Positions 37,821 through 48,273 are shown, counted from the stretch's first letter. The stretch is DNA of 64,000 nucleotides from Minisyncoccia bacterium (GCA_041752275.1 JBGSHK010000008.1:70543-134542); one strand, 5' to 3'. Program-made: numbers and translations. The notes: generated from the letters alone by a model not told the origin.

Positions 37821-38618
37821 TTATCGTTTACGGCGAAGTAATCCAATAATACTAAAAACACTGATGAGTATATTTGTTGATGGTTCAGGTATAACTTCAA
37901 AATTTGAGAGTATACTGTTTCCAGAAAATCCAATAGAAGTATTATCAACAGCACCCTCGAATATGCCATTCCACCCACTTCCGGAATCAACAATCACTCC
38001 GTAAATATAAGTGTTGGCCGAAAGTGGAGTACTATTTGCATGATTTAATCCACCACCAGTTATCCACTCACTTATATCAACGTTATAGTTTTCATTTGCT
38101 CCTTTACCTGTAGTCCATTGCCACAAGTTTGAAGAAATAACATTCTGTGTTTGCCATGTGTCAGTTGGTACAGCGGTATTTCCAGGATTGCTGTTGTAAA
38201 CACTTTCCCAGACGAGGAAACCACTAGTATCACCAACTGTGAAGTTGTTATTACTGTCATTATCATTCCACCACATAATCTTGATTGATGGTTGTAAATG
38301 ATTTGGTACCGTACTTGAAGAGTTTCGGAGCCAATGATATCCCAAGGTGTCAATATTTCCAAGTGTGGTTGCAGTATCAAAAGGGTTTACACCTATAGGA
38401 TTCCATTGATAAGCAAAACCTGCTTTATCTGTCGACGTTGTCAGGTTAAGCTTTAGAGAACCATCTCCGTTTAAAGGATGATTTGCAGTGATTACAGCTG
38501 TTCCGGCACCACGAATGTCATAAGGTGCCCAACCTTGAATATTTGACGGTGTAATTGTAAGGGATGCACCCTTTGCAGAGACATATATCGCCGCTATGAT
38601 AATAATTATTTTTTTCAC
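37821..38618 (-). CDS. PEP-CTERM sorting-domain protein
   Basis: Signal peptide; C-terminus VIPEPSTNILISVFSIIGLLRRKR (PEP + TM + basic tail). Confidence 0.85.
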   Translation of the reverse strand: MKKIIIIIAAIYVSAKGASLTITPSNIQGWAPYDIRGAGTAVITANHPLNGDGSLKLNLTTSTDKAGFAYQWNPIGVNPFDTATTLGNIDTLGYHWLRNSSSTVPNHLQPSIKIMWWNDNDSNNNFTVGDTSGFLVWESVYNSNPGNTAVPTDTWQTQNVISSNLWQWTTGKGANENYNVDISEWITGGGLNHANSTPLSANTYIYGVIVDSGSGWNGIFEGAVDNTSIGFSGNSILSNFEVIPEPSTNILISVFSIIGLLRRKR

Positions 38619-38732
38619 TTTACTTTGTTGTTATTTTTCAGTATCCAGCTACTTAACTAGATTACATTATAATAACATATTTTAATTATATAGTCAAAAT
38701 AAAACCATTGACACACATGTTATAATATCCCT

Positions 38733-39599
38733 ATGAATCAACAAAATTTATTTAAAAATCAATTTCAAAACACTTTAAAGACGTCTCTGCTTATGGCGGG
38801 AATATTTCTCATAGTTGGTGTTTTAGGTTATGGTATATCACTTCGAACAGGTAATATTAACTACTTATATATATTTCTAGTTATAGGTGTTATACAAAAC
38901 ATCATTGCTTATTGGTTTTCTGGATCTATAGCTATAAAGTATTCTGGAGCTATTAAGACTGATCTCAGTACTCCTGATGGTGCTAAGCTACAAAGAACTG
39001 TAGAAAGACTTTCAAATCAAGCTGGGTTACCAACTCCGGAAGTGTACATTATTCCTGATCAAAATATGAATGCTTTTGCCACAGGTAGAAATCAAGCACA
39101 TGCAAAGGTTGCAGCTACACAAGGTTTGATAAATAAACTATCTCAAGACGAACTTGACGGTGTTATGGCGCATGAATTAGCCCACATTGGAAATAAAGAC
39201 ATACTCATATCATCTATGGTTGCTGTTATGGCAGGTATGATAACTCACATGATATATATATTTGCATCAAGAGGGGAAAATAAAAATCCTATTGTTGGTA
39301 TTGCTATCATGATACTTGCTCCATTTGTTGGGTTTATGATACAGATGGCGGTTTCTCGTAGTCGAGAGTTTCAGGCTGATGCGGGTGCCGCTAAGATAAC
39401 AAACAATCCACAAGGATTGATTAATGCGCTTGAAAAGATACATCAAAACAATGTAGAACCTATGCTAAAAGCTGACGAGTCTATGGCACACATGTATATA
39501 GCAAATCCTTTCTCAGGGCAGAATAGTATAAGCAGATTTTTTATGACTCACCCACCTGTTGAGGAGAGGTTAGAGAAGTTGAGGAGTTTGTATTTTTAA
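38733..39599 (+). CDS. htpX: Zinc metalloprotease HtpX (M48)
   Basis: NAFATGRN, AHELAH, SRSREFQAD, THPPVEER. Confidence 0.95.
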   Translation: MNQQNLFKNQFQNTLKTSLLMAGIFLIVGVLGYGISLRTGNINYLYIFLVIGVIQNIIAYWFSGSIAIKYSGAIKTDLSTPDGAKLQRTVERLSNQAGLPTPEVYIIPDQNMNAFATGRNQAHAKVAATQGLINKLSQDELDGVMAHELAHIGNKDILISSMVAVMAGMITHMIYIFASRGENKNPIVGIAIMILAPFVGFMIQMAVSRSREFQADAGAAKITNNPQGLINALEKIHQNNVEPMLKADESMAHMYIANPFSGQNSISRFFMTHPPVEERLEKLRSLYF

Positions 39600-39653
39600 A
39601 ATAAATATAATAAAAAATGCCAGGACGTTTTAGGTCCTGGAATTGGTTTGGAT

Positions 39654-40115
39654 TTAAATACTATTCGTTTCCATCATAATGTATGTTTCTGGATTAATTA
39701 TTGTGTTCATATCTAACACCTCAACAGAAGATGTTAATGGGTTTATTTTTAATAATCTATCTACACATATTACTAAAATAGTATCTGTGTGCATTGCTGG
39801 TAAAAGTAAAGTATTCAAATCTTCTAGAAGGAATCTAATTAGAGTTGAAATACGACAAGGTCTAATTACTTTTTTTATTTTCATTTTTTCCAACAACTTA
39901 TCATGAGTTGTTGTTGTGCTATTGTCCATAACATACATCATTAATTGAAGTTTGATGGTTATAAAATATTCAAACTCAATCAACAAGATATCATCATTAG
40001 GAAATATTTGACTGAGAGTGGAATCTTTAAATCTCCTTTTTACAAATCTTAAACTTTTTTTGGATTTGGGTAATCCACAAATAATCTGAGGATGTTCAAA
40101 AAATCTTATATCCAT
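39654..40115 (-). CDS. Hypothetical protein
   Basis: 153-aa ORF followed by a CCAGGAC/GTCCTGG hairpin and T-tract. Confidence 0.5.
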   Translation of the reverse strand: MDIRFFEHPQIICGLPKSKKSLRFVKRRFKDSTLSQIFPNDDILLIEFEYFITIKLQLMMYVMDNSTTTTHDKLLEKMKIKKVIRPCRISTLIRFLLEDLNTLLLPAMHTDTILVICVDRLLKINPLTSSVEVLDMNTIINPETYIMMETNSI

Positions 40116-40177
40116 AATATGTATTGGTTGTAGGTTCTACTTAAATGAGTATAATGTTATTATTGATAAAATCAATA

Positions 40178-40264
40178 GGAGAGATGGCTGAGCGGTTTAA
40201 AGTACCACCTTGGAAAGGTGGCGTATGCGAAAGTGTACCGGGAGTTCGAATCTCCCTCTCTCCG
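40178..40264 (+). tRNA. tRNA-Ser(GGA)
   Basis: GGAGAGA/TCTCTCC acceptor, CCACC-TTGGAAA-GGTGG anticodon arm, long variable arm, GTTCGAATC T-loop. Confidence 0.97.
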
Positions 40265-40314
40265 CAAATTGTGCTAATATATAAACATAAATTAATTATT
40301 AATAAACAAAAATC

Positions 40315-40725
40315 ATGGCAATATTAAAAATATTATTATTAACAGTTATAACTTTCACGGGAGGGTCCTTATGGTTTTCAAAACTATTTGGTAAAACATG
40401 GATGAAAATACATCATGATAAAGACAAAACTCCAGAAGAGATAAAGAAAGATATGAAAGGTATGTGGAAATTTATGACTGCAGAGTTTGTATTAACTTTT
40501 ATTATAAACTTAACTCTATTTTTCATAGCTAGTGCATCTGATAGCCTATATGTTGCTTTGATATCTACATTTATATTGTGGTTTGGTTTTATTTTACCAA
40601 CAACGGTATCCAATATTATATGGGGAGGGGATGCACATAAATGGATGGTTAAAAAAATAGCTATCAGCTCAGGTTATAGATTGCTTGCTATGTTGTTTAC
40701 GGTTTGGATTTTGTTTGTTTGGTAG
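40315..40725 (+). CDS. DUF1761-like membrane protein
   Basis: GSLWFSKLFGKTWMK, LWFGFILPT, ISSGYRL; 4 TMs. Confidence 0.75.
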   Translation: MAILKILLLTVITFTGGSLWFSKLFGKTWMKIHHDKDKTPEEIKKDMKGMWKFMTAEFVLTFIINLTLFFIASASDSLYVALISTFILWFGFILPTTVSNIIWGGDAHKWMVKKIAISSGYRLLAMLFTVWILFVW

Positions 40726-40820
40726 GAATAATGTTGTTGGTCTAATTTAAATTCATATGTATTCATATGTATAAAAAAAGCTCCACCGGATTTTATGTCC
40801 GGTGGTCTTTGAGGTTAAAT

Positions 40821-41210
40821 TCACACTCGCCTGGGAACAAGTGTGCTTGTATCGACAGATTGATTTTTCTTTAACTCTTCTATAATTTTTTCGATCAAAT
40901 CATCATTCAATACTAAAGATTGATCAATTTCTTGGCTTCCGGGATTTATTATTTCTGCCACTGAATTTTCTGGATCAGTAAGCATTTGTGTTGAAGTATC
41001 CTTAGCTAATATCAATATCCCTTTTATTCCCTCGATTGCCTCCTCAAGGGTTTTAAAATAAGGTATAGAGCTTAATATTGGCCTATAACGTTTATCTTTT
41101 TCGTGAATAATTGCAAAGGAAAATAAACTACCTTCCTCCGAACCTTGTCCAACGCTTAAATGGATATTATAAGCGTTTGTAAAAATAACTAAAGCACTGT
41201 GCCTGTTCAT
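40821..41210 (-). CDS. Hypothetical protein
   Basis: 129-aa ORF followed by a CCACCGGA/TCCGGTGG hairpin and T-tract. Confidence 0.65.
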   Translation of the reverse strand: MNRHSALVIFTNAYNIHLSVGQGSEEGSLFSFAIIHEKDKRYRPILSSIPYFKTLEEAIEGIKGILILAKDTSTQMLTDPENSVAEIINPGSQEIDQSLVLNDDLIEKIIEELKKNQSVDTSTLVPRRV

Positions 41211-41352
41211 GTTTGTATATGTTAATGTTTTATTCTGACTTTTTTCATACTATCAAAAACCATATGATTTGCAACCAATTATATAAATATTTTGATTATT
41301 TGTTATGTTTATAAAAAATTACTATTGTTGATTTTTATGATATAATCCACTT

Positions 41353-42534
41353 ATGTCATCCGATAACCAAAGTAAAATAGACCAACTTTTAACTCGTGGA
41401 GTTGCTGAAATCATAGATAAAGATAATTTACTAAAAAAACTTAACTCAGGAAAAGAGCTGAGAATAAAGCTCGGCATAGATCCAACTAGTCCAAACATAC
41501 ACTTAGGACGCTCTATTCCACTTTTAAAACTTCGAGATTTTCAAGATTTAGGTCATAAGATAGTTTTACTCATAGGTGATTTTACAGGACTTATTGGAGA
41601 TACATCGGATAAAGAAAGTGAAAGACCTATGCTTTCAAAGGAGACTATAAAAACTAACTTAGAAACATATATAGAACAAGCTGGAAAAATACTTGATATA
41701 TCAAAAGTTGAAGTTGTTTATAACAGTACATGGTTATCTAAGTTAAACTATTTTGACATTTGTGAGCAAGCTGATTTATTTTCTATAAACCAGTTTATAT
41801 CTCGTGAAAATATTTCGAAAAGATTTGATGAAGGTAAAAGAGTGTCACTTCGTGAATTGATGTATCCACTTATGCAAGGCTATGATTCTGTAGAATTAAA
41901 GGCTGATGTTGAGATTGGTGGAACTGATCAAAAGTTTAATTTACTTGCAGGACGTGATTTACAGAGACATTATAAACAAGAGACTCAAGATATTATTATG
42001 GGTCCAATCATAGAAGGATTGGATGGAAGAAAAATGAGTTCAAGTTATGGAAATGGTGTAAATCTTATGGATACTGCAAATGATATGTTTGGAAAAATAA
42101 TGTCGTTAAATGATGAGTTTATTATTAAATATTTTAAACTTGCAACTCGTGTTGATTTAGGGAAAATAAAAGAATATGAAGATGAGTTGAAAAAACCAGA
42201 AACAAACCCTCGAGACATAAAAATCCTCTTAGGAAAAGAGATTGTTAAAATGTATCACTCAGCTGAAGATGCTGATAAAGCAGAACAATATTTTATAAAT
42301 ACATTTACAAAAAAAGAGATTCCTGATGATATAGAGGAGATTACACCTACAGATTACAATATTATAAGTGTACTTTTAGAGTCTAAACTTGTTGAGTCAA
42401 AAGGCGAGGCAAAACGTGTGATAGAGCAGGGTGGAGTTAGGGTAAACAGTGAGGTTGTGTCAAGTCTTGACGTCAATATTGACAAGGATTCTGTTATACA
42501 AAAAGGTAAGATGGGATTTGTAAGAGTAAGGTAG
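41353..42534 (+). CDS. tyrS: Tyrosine--tRNA ligase
   Basis: GIDPTSPNIHLG, YPLMQGYD, GGTDQKFN, KMSSS, C-terminal S4 domain. Confidence 0.97.
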   Translation: MSSDNQSKIDQLLTRGVAEIIDKDNLLKKLNSGKELRIKLGIDPTSPNIHLGRSIPLLKLRDFQDLGHKIVLLIGDFTGLIGDTSDKESERPMLSKETIKTNLETYIEQAGKILDISKVEVVYNSTWLSKLNYFDICEQADLFSINQFISRENISKRFDEGKRVSLRELMYPLMQGYDSVELKADVEIGGTDQKFNLLAGRDLQRHYKQETQDIIMGPIIEGLDGRKMSSSYGNGVNLMDTANDMFGKIMSLNDEFIIKYFKLATRVDLGKIKEYEDELKKPETNPRDIKILLGKEIVKMYHSAEDADKAEQYFINTFTKKEIPDDIEEITPTDYNIISVLLESKLVESKGEAKRVIEQGGVRVNSEVVSSLDVNIDKDSVIQKGKMGFVRVR

Positions 42535-42619
42535 ATTTTATGTTTTCTTTATAATTCCTTCATTATTTATTTGGAAAATCTTTATGAGAACTTTATCTCC
42601 GGTGTTTTATTATGTGTAA

Positions 42620-42756
42620 ATGATAAACAAAAATATTTATGATCAATGGAATAATAAAAAGAAGAATATAACTCAAAATAACATTTTTTTAGAGAAAGAG
42701 ATGTTTGGTGGTGTAAGTTGGGTAAAAATAATGTTAATTTGATGTCAAATTTATAA
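42620..42756 (+). pseudogene. Truncated, frameshifted PemK-like toxin remnant
   Basis: MINKNIYDQWNNKKKNI...F then, after a T7 run, RERDVWWCKLGKN, matching the N-terminus of ORF 10319 (YDQWNILKKRI...REIWWINIGLN). Confidence 0.7.
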
Positions 42757-42784
42757 AAATAATCAAATATGATATAATCCCCAT

Positions 42785-44398
42785 ATGCAAGACATCATCA
42801 ACAAAATCTTCCCTGAAAACCTTCCTTCAATACAAGAACTTGAGGCAAAATACCCCCTAAGGGATTTGTCACCTACAGCCATGGTAACTCGTATCTGCCC
42901 ATCACCAACAGGGTTTATGCATCTGGGTACTATTTATGCTTCATTACTTAATAAAAAATTTGCTGATCAAACAAACGGAGTTTTTTACCTGAGAATAGAA
43001 GATACTGATAAAAAAAGAGAAGTTGAAGGTGCTAAGGAAATAATCCATAGTTCATTAAAGGATTATGATTTAACTTATGATAAAAATCCTGAATACGGAC
43101 CATATATACAGTCAGAAAGAAAAGATATTTATGCCGCATATGCAAAACATTTATTTTCCAAGGGAGACGCTTACTTATGTTTTTGTACAGAAGACGAGCT
43201 TAAAATCGCCACAGAAGAACAAGAGAGATTGAAAATGAAAAGAGGATATTATGGAAAATGGGCAATATGGAGAGATGCTCCGATAGAAAAAGTTCTGGCA
43301 GAGCTCTCTAAGGGAATACCGTACGTTATACGTTTCAGATCTCATGGAAATGGTGAAAAAACTTTTACACATAAAGATTTATTAAAAGGTGATATTACTT
43401 TACCAGAAAACGATATGGATGTACCATTACTTAAAAAAGATAATGGTTTACCGACTTATCATTTGGCACACGTTGTTGATGACCATCTGATGAGAACAAC
43501 AGACGTACTTCGAGGTGATGAATGGTTATCATCTATTCCTCTTCATTATGATTTATTCCAATCCCTTGGTTTTCCTATAGTTCGATATGGTCATATTTCT
43601 CCAATAAATAAAATGGATGGATCAAGTCGTAGAAAATTATCAAAAAGAAAAGATCTAGAGGCCAACGTTGCTTTTTTTAAAGAAAAAGGTTTTGTTGTAT
43701 CAGCTGTTATTGAATATCTACTAAACCTTGCTAACTCAAACTTTGAAGATTGGCGAAAGGAAAACCCTGAAAAAGATTATACTGAATTTAATCTTACGAT
43801 AGAAAAATTGGCAAAAAGTAATGGACCACTATATGACGAAACAAAACTTAGGGATATTGCAAAAGAAAAGATTGCTTTGATGACATCAGAAAAAGTTTTT
43901 GAACATGTTTTGATCTGGGCACAAACTTATGATCAGTATTTTTATGAACTATTAAATTCAAATTCAGAATATTGGCATAAAATTTTCAATATAGAAAGAG
44001 GAGGAGATAGTATACGTAAAGATATCGCTATATGGTCTGAGGTTTATGATTTCTATAGTTTTTTTGATATAGAAAAATTTAGCAAACCTGATTGGGGTAA
44101 CTTAAAAACAGTTTTTACAGTTGATGAAATAAAAAATATATTATCAGAGTACAAAGATATATATGATGAATCTGATACTAAAGATATATGGTTGGGTAAA
44201 GTTAAAGGCTTGTGTCCAAAGTTTGGTTTAGCACCCGATATAAAGGCTTATAAAGCCGATAAGGATGCTTATAAAGGGCATGTTGGTGAGTTAACTCAAG
44301 TGTTACGTTTTGCTATTACAGGACGAACACAGAGCCCGGATATCTATGAGATATTGCAGGTTTTGGGGAGGGAGGTTGTTATAAAAAGACTTTCTTAA
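42785..44398 (+). CDS. gltX: Glutamate--tRNA ligase
   Basis: RICPSPTGFMHLG, LRIEDTD, PTYHLAHVVDDHLM, RGDEW, KLSKR. Confidence 0.97.
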   Translation: MQDIINKIFPENLPSIQELEAKYPLRDLSPTAMVTRICPSPTGFMHLGTIYASLLNKKFADQTNGVFYLRIEDTDKKREVEGAKEIIHSSLKDYDLTYDKNPEYGPYIQSERKDIYAAYAKHLFSKGDAYLCFCTEDELKIATEEQERLKMKRGYYGKWAIWRDAPIEKVLAELSKGIPYVIRFRSHGNGEKTFTHKDLLKGDITLPENDMDVPLLKKDNGLPTYHLAHVVDDHLMRTTDVLRGDEWLSSIPLHYDLFQSLGFPIVRYGHISPINKMDGSSRRKLSKRKDLEANVAFFKEKGFVVSAVIEYLLNLANSNFEDWRKENPEKDYTEFNLTIEKLAKSNGPLYDETKLRDIAKEKIALMTSEKVFEHVLIWAQTYDQYFYELLNSNSEYWHKIFNIERGGDSIRKDIAIWSEVYDFYSFFDIEKFSKPDWGNLKTVFTVDEIKNILSEYKDIYDESDTKDIWLGKVKGLCPKFGLAPDIKAYKADKDAYKGHVGELTQVLRFAITGRTQSPDIYEILQVLGREVVIKRLS

Positions 44399-46992
44399 CT
44401 CTTTACAAACCTCATAAACACCCATTTCGTCAACTCAATCAAAGCTATATTCAACACATTCCAAAGAACAATAATCCAAACATGTTCCATTCCAACAAAA
44501 GATAAATCAAAAATATCTCTCATAAAAGCAAAGCTTGTTGTTGCAACAATCAACACATAACCTATAAGGTTTGCAATGTTTAATCTTATATTTGAAAATG
44601 GATTGTATTGAAAAATAAGTTTATCTAGGTTTTTAAATGAATAAGATATAGTTAAAGCATATGTTGCAAAACATGTAAATAATATAGTTTTAGCCAAGCC
44701 AGTGTCTTGTATGTTTTTTTGTAATATAAAATACAGAATAAATAAAAGTATAGAGGAAACTGTACCTATACCAAGGGCCATAAATTTTACTTTAAAGTTA
44801 AAAATCTTTTCATTTATCTTATTTTTATTAAAACTATAATCCTTATCATAGGCAAAAGCTAAAGCGGGAAGTGTACCTGTAAGTATATTTATCCATATGA
44901 TTTGCAATGCGTTGAGTGGAATAGATAAACCAACAATCAAAGCACCTGTAACAACAAACACAGCATCGAGCGATGCTGACATAAGATAAATAAAAACTTT
45001 TTGTATATTTGATTTTATTTTATGTCCCTCTGATATAGTATTTACTATAGTTTTAAAATCATTGTCTATAAGTATCATATCTGCTGCACCTTTGGCCACG
45101 TCCGTTGCTGAGGCAAGTGATATACCTATATCCATAGCATTCAGTGCTGGAGCGTCATTAACGCCGTCACCGGTCATGGCAACTATTTCACCTAAACTCC
45201 TATATAGATTTCCAATACGTAGCTTATCTTCAGGTGTAACACGTGCAAATATTTTCACATACGGAAGTGTTTTAATAAGCTCATCATCGCTCATACTTTT
45301 TATTTGATCACCGGTCAAGATCTCATCATCTGTAGTTTTTATACCAACTTGTTCACCGATGTATTTTACAGTACCGGCAAGATCACCTGATATTATTTTA
45401 ACTTTTACACCTTTAGATTGTATTTCTTTAACATAAGTGTGTATGTGTGGTCTCAATATATCTGAAAAAGAAAACATACCTAAAAGCTCAAGGTTTTCTA
45501 TACTGTCTTTTATATGTGTATGAGAACTAAGTTTACCTACAGCCACAAGTCTTTTACCTTGCTCAGATAATGTTTTAAGATGATTAATAAGTAAGTTTTG
45601 CTGCTGGGGATTTAACTTTGAGTTTTTGATAAGTACATCAGGTGCACCTAGTATTATTTTTTCTTTAGTATGCAAACTTTCAGATACAGAATATTTATTT
45701 GACGAGTTAAAAGGTAGAGTAACTTTATTTTTAATAATATTTTCTATATCAATGTCTAATACATATAAACTTTTTAAAATAACTATATCGAAAGCACTAC
45801 CTGTGTATATCCAATTGTCTTTATTGTCAGTTATTTTATCTACATCAGACTGTATGTTTAAATATGCAGTTTTTAATAAATCTTTATGTTTTGTGTGTAG
45901 GAGCTTTATATCACGAGTTTCTATTTTGGAGTCAAGTAACTCTTCTAGAGTGTATATATTTTCCAAAGATAACTGAGCCTTAGTAAGAGTACCTGTTTTG
46001 TCAGTTAATATAAGTGTTGTAGAACCGAGTGTCTCTGCAGCAGATAGTTTACGTACAAGACCTCCTTTTTTAGATATGTTTAAAACTCCTATAGAAAGTA
46101 TAACTGTCAAAGCTATAGGCAAGGCTTCGGGAACAGCTCCAACGGCAACAGCTGAAGCAAGTACAAGCATGTCAAGCATACTTTCACCTCGACTTACTCC
46201 AAGAGAAAATATAAGAATAACTATAGCTACGGCAACAACTAATATATACCAAGATATTTGCTTAACAGCTTTTTGTGTAGGTGTTTCCGCTTTTTCTGTT
46301 TGTGATATAGAAGACGCTATTTTTCCTATCTCTGTGTTACTACCAGTATTTGTAACTATAGCAAGCCCATTACCATTGGTTACATATGTACCCGCATAGA
46401 GATAATTGTGTCTATCAATAAGGGCATTTGATGTAGATATCTCTATGTTTTTACTTGAAGGTATTGATTCACCGGTTATTATTGATTCATCTATTTTTAA
46501 ATCGTTGGCTTCTATGATTGAAGCGTCGGCAGGTATACGAGATCCGTAGGCTATAACAAGTATGTCACCAGGAACTATATCGGCTGCATCTATATCTTGT
46601 ACTTTATCATTTCTTAAAACTTTTGCTTTATCTTTTATAAATGATTTTAGTTTTTCTACAGTGTTTTCTGCTTTAAACTCTTGATAGGTTGAAAAAGATA
46701 CGTTTATAAGCACAGCTCCAAATATAACAATAGACTCAATAACTTCTTTTAAATAAAGAGTAACACCACCTGCAAATATAAGTATAAAAATAAGTGGACT
46801 TAAAAACTGTATGAAGAAAAGTTTTAAAAGACCATTTTTCTTTTTATCTTCTATTGTGTTCTTACCGTATTTATCGAGCCTTTCTTTTGCATCATTGTCA
46901 TTTAAACCCTCATCACAGGATTCCTGTATTTCAAATAATGTTTCTTTTTGCAATAACCAATATTCAGTATTCATATGTGTGTATTGTAACAT
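44395..46992 (-). CDS. P-type cation-transporting ATPase (type II)
   Basis: TGES, VPEALP, DKTGTLT, MTGDGVNDAPAL. Confidence 0.95.
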   Translation of the reverse strand: MLQYTHMNTEYWLLQKETLFEIQESCDEGLNDNDAKERLDKYGKNTIEDKKKNGLLKLFFIQFLSPLIFILIFAGGVTLYLKEVIESIVIFGAVLINVSFSTYQEFKAENTVEKLKSFIKDKAKVLRNDKVQDIDAADIVPGDILVIAYGSRIPADASIIEANDLKIDESIITGESIPSSKNIEISTSNALIDRHNYLYAGTYVTNGNGLAIVTNTGSNTEIGKIASSISQTEKAETPTQKAVKQISWYILVVAVAIVILIFSLGVSRGESMLDMLVLASAVAVGAVPEALPIALTVILSIGVLNISKKGGLVRKLSAAETLGSTTLILTDKTGTLTKAQLSLENIYTLEELLDSKIETRDIKLLHTKHKDLLKTAYLNIQSDVDKITDNKDNWIYTGSAFDIVILKSLYVLDIDIENIIKNKVTLPFNSSNKYSVSESLHTKEKIILGAPDVLIKNSKLNPQQQNLLINHLKTLSEQGKRLVAVGKLSSHTHIKDSIENLELLGMFSFSDILRPHIHTYVKEIQSKGVKVKIISGDLAGTVKYIGEQVGIKTTDDEILTGDQIKSMSDDELIKTLPYVKIFARVTPEDKLRIGNLYRSLGEIVAMTGDGVNDAPALNAMDIGISLASATDVAKGAADMILIDNDFKTIVNTISEGHKIKSNIQKVFIYLMSASLDAVFVVTGALIVGLSIPLNALQIIWINILTGTLPALAFAYDKDYSFNKNKINEKIFNFKVKFMALGIGTVSSILLFILYFILQKNIQDTGLAKTILFTCFATYALTISYSFKNLDKLIFQYNPFSNIRLNIANLIGYVLIVATTSFAFMRDIFDLSFVGMEHVWIIVLWNVLNIALIELTKWVFMRFVKS

Positions 46993-47012
46993 TTTTATGT
47001 TATATTATAAAA

Positions 47013-47486
47013 ATGAAAATAAAACTAAACACAAACAAAGGAACAATAGAATTAGAATTATTTGATCAACTTAAACCTAACACTGTTGCAAACTTCGTTA
47101 AACTGGCAAAAGAAGGGTATTATGATGGTGTAAAATTTCACAGAGTTATAAAAGGTTTTATGATACAAGGTGGGGATCCGCTTACAAAAGACGATTCACA
47201 ATCTTTTGCGTGGGGAACTGGAGGTCCTGGATATATGTTTAATGATGAAATAGGAAGTGAAAATAGTAATGCTCGAGGTACTATATCTATGGCGAATGCT
47301 GGTCCAAACACAAACGGCAGTCAATTTTTCATAAATGTAAATGATAATAATTTTCTAGACCCAAAGCACACAGCTTTTGGAAAAGTTGTAAGTGGTATGG
47401 ATGTTGTTGAGGCTATAGAAAATATCGCTGTTGGAGCAGGAGATAGACCTGTTGAGGCTGTGGTGATAGAGGGTGTAGAGTTGTAA
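47013..47486 (+). CDS. Cyclophilin-type peptidyl-prolyl isomerase
   Basis: FHRVIKGFMIQGGDP, SMANAGPNTNGSQFFI, HTAFG; start moved to ATG 47013. Confidence 0.95.
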   Translation: MKIKLNTNKGTIELELFDQLKPNTVANFVKLAKEGYYDGVKFHRVIKGFMIQGGDPLTKDDSQSFAWGTGGPGYMFNDEIGSENSNARGTISMANAGPNTNGSQFFINVNDNNFLDPKHTAFGKVVSGMDVVEAIENIAVGAGDRPVEAVVIEGVEL

Positions 47487-47528
47487 GACTGTTTGACTTT
47501 CTCTGTATTTATTATATAATATAGGTAT

Positions 47529-48179
47529 ATGAACTTTGAAACAAATCTCTTCGTTATGAGGGTTTTCTTTATTGCAACCCTTATTATTTTCTTTTCATTC
47601 TTAGAATGGTGGGTACATAGATATCCAATGCATAACAAAAAGTTTAAAAAACTTCCTGTTCTTGGATTACTTTTTGAAAGTCATGTTGGTTCAGGGGGAC
47701 ATCATAGTCGTTATGGCTATTGTCCAAATCATCCCGAGTGTCATGACGAAGATCATGAACATGAACCGATTTTGCAAAAAATTTGGTTTGGGTTTTTGGT
47801 AGCTTTTGCTGGAAGTATTCCTTTCTTTAGTTTGGAAATCCTGACTACTTTTGAATACAATCTTACTGCCATATGCGCTCTTGGAATCTATACCTACTAC
47901 TGGCTCTTTGAGTTAGTACATGTGGCAACACATGATGGAAAGCATTGGCAAAGGGTTTTACTTAAAAAGATTGATTACTTTGATATCATGCTGAGTCATC
48001 ATATGATACACCACACTATCAAGTTCAACATGAACTTTACTTTGGTAAATCATTGGTGTGATTATTTGTTTGATACCAAGTATGAGGCTAAAAAAAGTTC
48101 AGTGTTGATGGTCCGGATTATTACTTGCGTAGTCTTACTTGGACTCTTGATATCATTTCTGACTCTGGTTTACAGGTGA
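47529..48179 (+). CDS. Fatty acid hydroxylase/sterol desaturase superfamily protein
   Basis: His boxes HRYPMH, HH, HVATH, HHMIHH; NF..W.DYLF.T; TM segments. Confidence 0.75.
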   Translation: MNFETNLFVMRVFFIATLIIFFSFLEWWVHRYPMHNKKFKKLPVLGLLFESHVGSGGHHSRYGYCPNHPECHDEDHEHEPILQKIWFGFLVAFAGSIPFFSLEILTTFEYNLTAICALGIYTYYWLFELVHVATHDGKHWQRVLLKKIDYFDIMLSHHMIHHTIKFNMNFTLVNHWCDYLFDTKYEAKKSSVLMVRIITCVVLLGLLISFLTLVYR

Positions 48180-48189
48180 GATTTTCACT

Positions 48190-48221
48190 GCGGCGTGTCC
48201 TTTCGGGGATGCGTCGTTTTT
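48190..48221 (+). terminator. Intrinsic terminator
   Basis: GCGGCGTGTCCT-TTCG-GGGATGCGTCGT followed by a T-tract. Confidence 0.75.
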
Positions 48222-48273
48222 GTATTATTTTAAAAGTTTTGGAAATAAACTCAAGTAGTCTATAATACTCAAC

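Noticed and set aside
40145-40327. 60-aa ORF
   Set aside because: It overlaps tRNA-Ser(GGA) and is a translation of the tRNA
40751-40772. ATTCATATGT tandem duplication
   Set aside because: Two copies of a 10-mer in an AT-rich terminator region; most likely a slippage duplication
46854-47012. N-terminal extension of the cyclophilin ORF (likewise priA 29435-29497 and pth 19883-19903)
   Set aside because: These extensions overlap divergent genes or promoters; the family N-termini begin at the downstream ATGs
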